From Eledone cirrhosa (taxonomy: Eukaryota), in the NCBI GenBank assembly GCA_964016885.1, contig OZ024756.1, positions 35,154,001 through 35,218,000 on the forward strand: a stretch of 64,000 bases of DNA, written 5' to 3'. How positions within the stretch are numbered: position 1 is the first letter of the stretch; the number at the start of each line of letters is the position of its first letter. Below are positions 57,230 to 64,000 of the stretch, one piece after another. The notes beneath the pieces are model-generated. The model was not told the DNA's origin. It was given only the letters and a program-made list of their open reading frames with translations, and did not search any database. A program made the translations under genes and the position numbers.

Positions 57230-57425
57230 AGCAGGCGCTACCATTGTGGGTTCAAGATGTGTATCTGCGTCACAGCATGGCTTCGTTGTGGGTCTAAGAT
57301 GTCTGTCTGTGTAGCAGCAGCACCCTTCCCAGATGTGGGAGCAGTATTCCTTTGTGGGTCTCACTTGAGATTTTTAGGGGGTTAGTAGTTGTTGTTGGAG
57401 ACTAAAGTGTTTTCTGGCTGTGAAG
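57230..57425 (-). mobile_element. Degenerate CR1/L2-group LINE fragment
   Basis: RPTKEYCSHIWEG resembles the (I/V)RPxLEYCSxxW motif. Confidence 0.55.
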
Positions 57426-57817
57426 GGGAACATACTATACGTATATATATATAATACTTCTAAACAGTCATTATCATTTTTTATATTGTTGCTATATATA
57501 TAAGGTAGTCTGTCAGCTTGTGATCTCTGAGAGCCTACCTTGTCCCCTCTGAGAGCCTACCTTGTCCCCTAATTCAGAACTTTTAACATTATGTAGTTAT
57601 ATCTCCTGTTACAGTATCACTTACTGATATTTTCTTCTGAAGGAGATGCTCTCAGGGGGTTTAGGTAAGAATGCAGAATTATTTTTGAAGTTATCTGCCA
57701 GAGAATACTTTTCTAAATTTGTTATCTCTTTCCTCTACTTATGCAGATGTTTCAGTAATTCTTCTATAAATTATGCTTAATAGTTATTTCATAGAATGGT
57801 TCTTTCTTTCTACTTAA

Positions 57818-58037
57818 CCCTTTACCATTTACATTACTCTATATTTACTATTGTATTTTCATGGTAAAGGGTTTATCTCACTTAATTATCTCACATAATA
57901 GCAAATCTGAGATTTTAAAAATTATTTCTTTTGAGAACAATACCCCAACATCAGTATAAACAGCCGGTTATGGCCGGTTTGAAAAGAAAGAGGTGAGAGA
58001 ATTCTGGCCAGATACAGCAGGTTTAAATGCTAAAGGG
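57818..58037 (+). mobile_element. MITE A copy
   Basis: TTAA flanks and TIRs. Confidence 0.85.
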
Positions 58038-58261
58038 TTAATCCCTCACCTGAAAGATAACTCAGTGTTATGTTTTGACTTGTGACCTTACATGGTCACT
58101 CTCTCTCCTTCTCTCTCAACCAAACAATATTGGGAAAGTAAAATCTGTCACTAAAGCTACCATATTTGATCACATAGAAAACACCATCAGTATGTCACAT
58201 TTTTTATAAAATTAAATTATGATGGTTCTTATAGTGAATTTGAACCACATGTTTAATAACA

Positions 58262-59070
58262 CTAACCCTTTTGTTACCAAATTTCTAACGAAATATATCG
58301 CCTATGATTCTCAATTTATTTTTAAAATAATAAAATTTGGAGGGATTTAGTAAAATTCCTAACTTTTCCATTATTGAGTTGGTCTTTGGAATATAACTTA
58401 AAAGTTCTTTGAAAAAATTATAATGGGAGGTTTAAATTTAAACATGAACACCCTAAAATAATTGTCTTTTAATCATAGAATCAGGAGTGGAGGGTAGGAT
58501 TGAAACTGTTTGGTATTAAAAATATTAAATACTTAACTCTAATTGCATAAAAATGTTTCTTTTAAATATTTCCTGCTGAAATATTGGTTGGTTGATGATG
58601 GGTCATATTTACCTGTGGGTCATTTGTGCTACCTGGCATGGAATATAGTCTATATATAGATATTGGGTTTTACCTGAACATTACAAATATTTAGGAGAAG
58701 CTTTGTGGACATTTAGGACAGAATGTCTTCAAAGAATGACAAGAATGTGTTCAGTGTCTCAGTACCAACACCTTAAATAGATTACATATTAACACTTTTG
58801 TCCCCATATTTCTAATGAAAGACAGTGCAACAGACACTGTCTACGTATGATTTTGAAATAATCCGGAGAAAAAAAAAAATCAAGAATTTGAGGGTAGAGT
58901 GGGGGTGAAATTAGTAATATAATTTGTTAAGTTGGTGTTTGGAACATAGCTTAACAAAGATTCTTACATAAAATTATGATGCAAAGTTTTTAGATAAACA
59001 TAAACACCTAAAAATAGTTTTGTATCATAGAACCAGGCGTGGTTTCAGATGGTCTGGCATCAAGAGTTAA
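58262..59070. mobile_element. Two copies of older MITE B (about 58262-58520 and 58790-59070); others near 25940-26385 and 27058-27170
   Basis: Shared ends taaccc/ctcttttgttaccatatttc ... gaggtggtttcag..ggtat.aa.ag.gttaa. Confidence 0.6.
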
Positions 59071-59836
59071 ACTATACACTTTCTTTGAGATATATTTCTC
59101 CTGTTATTTTAAGTCTTTTTTAGGGGTTTAGTTTGTTTAATCAAAATTTATTTTTCATTCTGCCTCTGTAGTAGCTATTTTCAGGATCACTATACACCCC
59201 CACCCTTAGTCTGTCTCTATCCAGAATCACAGCCCACCCATCCTTCAACTCTACTCTAGATCTCCCCACCCCTAAATCTTGAGACATCAATCATAGCACC
59301 CTAGTAGCAGTTATCACAGTACCTCCCACACTGCCAGAGGTCTCCCTCCCATCCATCATCTCCCTCCCATCCATCATCTCTCACTTTGTACTTTCCCATG
59401 ATATACACTCGACCCCCATCAATAGTGTAGAGAGGGCTCTACAGTTGAGTCCCTGAGGACAACCAAGGTGGTTGGCAATAGGGAACACGCCTTGCTTTAG
59501 AAAGCATGCCAAAACGGTGGAAAGGACTCTTTAGTTGTGTCAAGAGAATTATAACCTCTTGAATGTTGGGGATCTATCTACACCCAGTACACTCTGTAAA
59601 GTGGTTGGTGATAGGAAGGGGATCCAGCCTTAGAAAACTTGCCAAACAAAGGGTTGGGAAGACTCTTCAGCTGTACCATAGGCATGACAACTCCCTATTG
59701 TTCGTGCCTCAATAAAATGTATTTGGTAGAGTACAGGATGGTTTGTTGTGGCCCTGGTTCTCTTGGAGATCAGAGGCTCCACTTGAGTACTGAGTACTAA
59801 CTGGTTTGTGATGACAATCCAAACCTTGCTAGCAGG

Positions 59837-59921
<85 letters not shown>

Positions 59922-60491
59922 TACATACATGCACATTCAAACGTATGTGTTTGAGTGTGTGTACTTATATCCATGTGGGTGTGGAAAAACGGAAGTAAAA
60001 AATGTCGATGACACACACACACACATGCGCACACACACACACACACACTCTATTTCTCTCTCTCTTGTTTAACAGTACTAAACTTAACTTGTTATTACCA
60101 GAGCTGCTACTACCACTACTAGTATTACTACTATCACCACCACCACTTTAACTACTATCAGCAATCTATATATAGTAGTAGTATAACTAAACAACTGCAC
60201 TGTTGGTCTAGATAGTATACTTTATGGTTTAACATCTTAGTTAGTTAGTGTGTTGTGTTGTTTGTATTTGTTGAAATATTGAAGCTAGCCATGACTAAGC
60301 AGTATATTGCTACCCAATGGTCAACTTAACTTTCTTCACACCCATGCTAAACTGACTGTCCATTGTGATGTCTTGGATTGAAGTCATTGAGATTAACCAC
60401 TAACCTTTTAATCCTCTTCATACCATCCCACCCCAAACCACCTCAGGTACTTCGGAACAAAAACACCTATTAAAATGGGTTCTTATTTTAA

Positions 60492-60711
60492 CCCTTTAGC
60501 ATTTAAGTCGGCCGTATCAGGCCAAAATTCTCTCACCTCTTTTTGTTAAAACCAGTCATATGTAACTCATTGCTCATACTGATGTTAAGGTATTGTTCTC
60601 AAAATAAATATCAAAATCTCATAGATTCGATACTGTGTAAGATAATTATGAGATAAAGCCTTTACCATGAAAATATAATAGTAAATATAGAGTAATGTAA
60701 ATGCTAAAGGG
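60492..60711 (-). mobile_element. MITE A copy nested in MITE B (about 60408-60870)
   Basis: TTAA flanks and perfect TIRs. Confidence 0.88.
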
Positions 60712-61042
60712 TTAATTAAAGATCTTCCAACATAATTTTTATATGAGGACCTTGTATTATATTACAATTATCATCTTAAGGAAATAATAATTTTAGTAAA
60801 TCTCTTCAAACTTTTCATTATTTCATTCAAGTACAGTGTATTTTATTAGAAGTATGGTAATGAATGTACGATTGCCACCCCACCTGAAACTGCCTTTATT
60901 AAAGTGTATGCATTTAAACTTAAACCCTGGACTGAAATCTTATTTACATGAAGGATAATAGTAGAATTCGCTAGTTGAATATTTATTCTTTATTATTAAG
61001 CTGATCAAGGCTTAATATTTATCTTAAGTGTATTTTTTTCTA

Positions 61043-62656
61043 TTGAAAAGAATGTTAGTATTTCAAGTATGGAACCACTCACTCCAAGTATGGAACCACT
61101 CACTCCAAGTATGGAACCACTCACTCCAAGTATGGAACCACTCACTCCAAGTATGGGACCACTCACTCCAAGTATGGGACCACTCACTCCAAGTATGGGA
61201 CCACTCACTCCAAGTATGGGACCACTCACTCCAAGTATGGGACCACTCACTCCAAGTATGGGACCACTCACTCCAAGTATGGGACCACTCACTCCAAGTA
61301 TGGGACCACTCACTCCAAGTATGGGACCACTCACTCCAAGTATGGGACCACTCACTCCAAGTATGGGACCACTCACTCCAAGTATGGGACCACTCACTCC
61401 AAGTATGGGACCACTCACTCCAAGTATGGGACCACTCACTCCAAGTATGGGACCACTCACTCCAAGTATGGGACCACTCACTCCAAGTATGGGACCACTC
61501 ACTCCAAGTATGGGACCACTCACTCCAAGTATGGGACCACTCACTCCAAGTATGGGACCACTCACTCCAAGTATGGGACCACTCACTCCAAGTATGGGAC
61601 CACTCACTCCAAGTATGGGACCACTCACTCCAAGTATGGGACCACTCACTCCAAGTATGGGACCACTCACTCCAAGTATGGGACCACTCACTCCAAGTAT
61701 GGGGCCACTCACTCCAAGTATGGGGCCACTCCAAGTATGGGGCCACTCCAAGTATGGGGCCACTCCAAGTATGGGGCCACTCCAAGTATGGGGCCACTCC
61801 AAGTATGGGGCCACTCCAAGTATGGGGCCACTCCAAGTATGGGGCCACTCCAAGTATGGGACCACTCCAAGTATGGGACCACTCCAAGTATGGGACCACT
61901 CACTCCAAGTATGGGACCACTCACTCCAAGTATGGGACCACTCACTCCAAGTATGGGACCACTCACTCCAAGTATGGGACCACTCACTCCAAGTATGGGA
62001 CCACTCACTCCAAGTATGGGACCACTCACTCCAAGTATGGGACCACTCACTCCAAGTATGGGACCACTCACTCCAAGTATGGGACCACTCACTCCAAGTC
62101 TGGGACCACTCACTCCAAGTCTGGGACCACTCACTCCAAGTCTGGGACCACTCACTCCAAGTATGGGGCCACTCCAAGTATGGGGCCACTCCAAGTATGG
62201 GGCCACTCCAAGTATGGGGCCACTCACTCCAAGTATGGGGCCACTCCAAGTATGGGGCCACTCCAAGTATGGGGCCACTCCAAGTATGGGGCCACTCCAA
62301 GTATGGGGCCACTCACTCCAAGTATGGGGCCACTCACTCCAAGTATGGGGCCACTCACTCCAAGTATGGGGCCACTCACTCCAAGTATGGGGCCACTCAC
62401 TCCAAGTATGGGGCCACTCACTCCAAGTATGGGGCCACTCACTCCAAGTATGGGGCCACTCACTCCAAGTATGGGGCCACTCACTCCAAGTATGGGGTCA
62501 CTCACTCCAAGTATGGGGTCACTCACTCCAAGTATGGGGTCACTCACTCCAAGTATGGGGTCACTCACTCCAAGTATGGGGTCACTCACTCCAAGTATGG
62601 GGTCACTCACTCCAAGTATGGGGTCACTCACTCCAAGTATGGGGTCACTCACTCCC
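61043..62656. repeat. 21-bp/17-bp minisatellite (ccaagtatgg(ga/gg)ccact[cact])
   Basis: Seen directly; variants occur in blocks. Confidence 0.97.
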
Positions 62657-62989
62657 AATACGAGGCCAGTTATTCCAAATATGAAGTCACTCATGCAAAA
62701 TGAGGTTAGACACAAAATATGAGGTCAGGGTAAACATATTGCTTCTCTGTTTATTCAGTTGTAATCTTTTTAGCAGGCCCCTTGCCCACTCCAGAAACCT
62801 GTCAAGAGGGTGTTAACTTCTTACTTTGAGATAAAAAGAAAATCTCTATTTTAATTTTTTTTTTTTTTTATCAATTTCTGAATATAAACAGACTTCATTG
62901 AGACTGTGGTCAGTATTTTGTTTGTTTCACAATGAAATCAATAAATATTGATTATAGTCTTCACTCTTTGCCAAAATTGTGCAGATGTA

Positions 62990-63245
62990 GGGTATGGTAT
63001 GACAGTGAATTGGCAAGTCACTAGAACGTCGGATAGAATACTTTGTGGTATTTGTTTCGACTCTCTTCTCTCTGAGTTCATCTTTGTCTTTCATCCATTT
63101 CAAAGTTGATAAAAAAAATACCAGTCTTGTACTGGGGTCGATTCTTCCTCTATATCTCTTCCATTTTCTCATTCTCTCTATCCTTCTCTGGAAGAAATTT
63201 GCTGTATTCAGACCTGGAGAGGATTGGGCTCTGCTGGCTTTTAAA
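62990..63245 (+). mobile_element. Diverged SINE family 2 variant with a longer tail; related copy on the minus strand at about 19130-19365
   Basis: Shared core plus cttctctggaagaaat..cc.gaaga tail. Confidence 0.65.
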
Positions 63246-63589
63246 AAAATGCCCTAGAAACATCATTTTGTGTGTGTTCTTAAAACCTAAACAACAAATG
63301 ATATAACACAGATAAAATGAGCCAATGAGGGAGAATCTCTGTAGTCACATGTCACAACAACTGTTTTATGGCCATTTTCCCTGCTTTAAGCTAGGGTTAG
63401 CCTTATAAGCCTCATGATAGGCTTCATACTCATCATACAGCCCTTTTTGAGGCAATGTTTTACAGCTGGGTATGCTCCTGATCCCAGTCCTTTTAGTCAC
63501 CTCTTATGACATGCAGGGATACAGTGTACTTACTCTAAACTGGATGCACTCACTTCTGTAGTTACATGTCTGAAAGAGTAAAAGAAAAA

Positions 63590-63985
63590 AAATAATAATG
63601 GTTTCTAATTTAAGCAGAAGGAGGGGAACATTGATTAAACCAACACCAGTATTTAACTGGTAATTTGTTTTATCAAACCCCACAAGGATGAAAGGCAAAG
63701 TTGACCTCAGTGGGATTTGAACTCAGAACATAGAAAGTTGTAACTAAATACTGTAAAACATTTTGTCCATATTGCCATATGCCAATACTGCCAATCCACG
63801 GGGGAAGGGAAAGTCGATTAAATCAACCCCAGTGCATTACTGGTGCTTTATTTTATCAATCCTGTAAGAATGAAAAGCAAAGCTAACCTCGGCGTGATTT
63901 GAACTCATAACGCAAAGGGCCATAACTCTATGCTGCAAAGCATGGTGTCTGACATTCTATCGATACTGTCAATCCACTACCCTCA
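63590..63985 (-). mobile_element. Two adjacent SINE family 2 copies
   Basis: Core motif near 63670 and near 63850. Confidence 0.8.
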
Positions 63986-64000
63986 TAATAATTGTTTCTA

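Noticed and set aside
59184-59400. Candidate Piezo exon 3 after ttttcAG
   Set aside because: The phase-1 translation (GSLYTPTLSLSLSRITAHP..) has no Piezo similarity or TM character. Other acceptors checked (near 54402, 57747, 62772) hit early stops.
61005-62722. 435-564 aa repetitive ORFs
   Set aside because: Open in several frames on both strands because the repeat unit lacks stops in those frames; no splice context.

Overview
Repeat-saturated, AT-rich animal genomic DNA. The SINE/LINE families and extreme microsatellite load suggest an octopus or other coleoid cephalopod (inference). The only host gene I can support is the 5' end of a Piezo mechanosensitive channel gene on the + strand. 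Coding exon 1 (8207-8279) and a 96-nt exon 2 (47723-47818) splice in frame to MATKITRFVAYTLFRFILPLSLLLGCVVRYNGLSFIYGLLLLLCPLIKSPTPKTLLG, across a 39.4-kb intron; exon 3 was not found. Neither exon is in the ORF track, and nearly all listed ORFs are microsatellite artefacts. The rest is RTE, CR1/L2-like and CRE-like LINE fragments, two tRNA-derived SINE families, TTAA-flanked piggyBac-type MITEs, Tc1/mariner-type mini-MITEs, and micro/minisatellites. The most notable unexplained signal is a set of apparently intact type I hammerhead ribozyme motifs in (TA)n-embedded, Penelope-like elements in Piezo intron 1. One lies in sense orientation, with its predicted cleavage site about 775 nt after the first splice donor, and is covered by a 153-bp near-perfect antisense arm.
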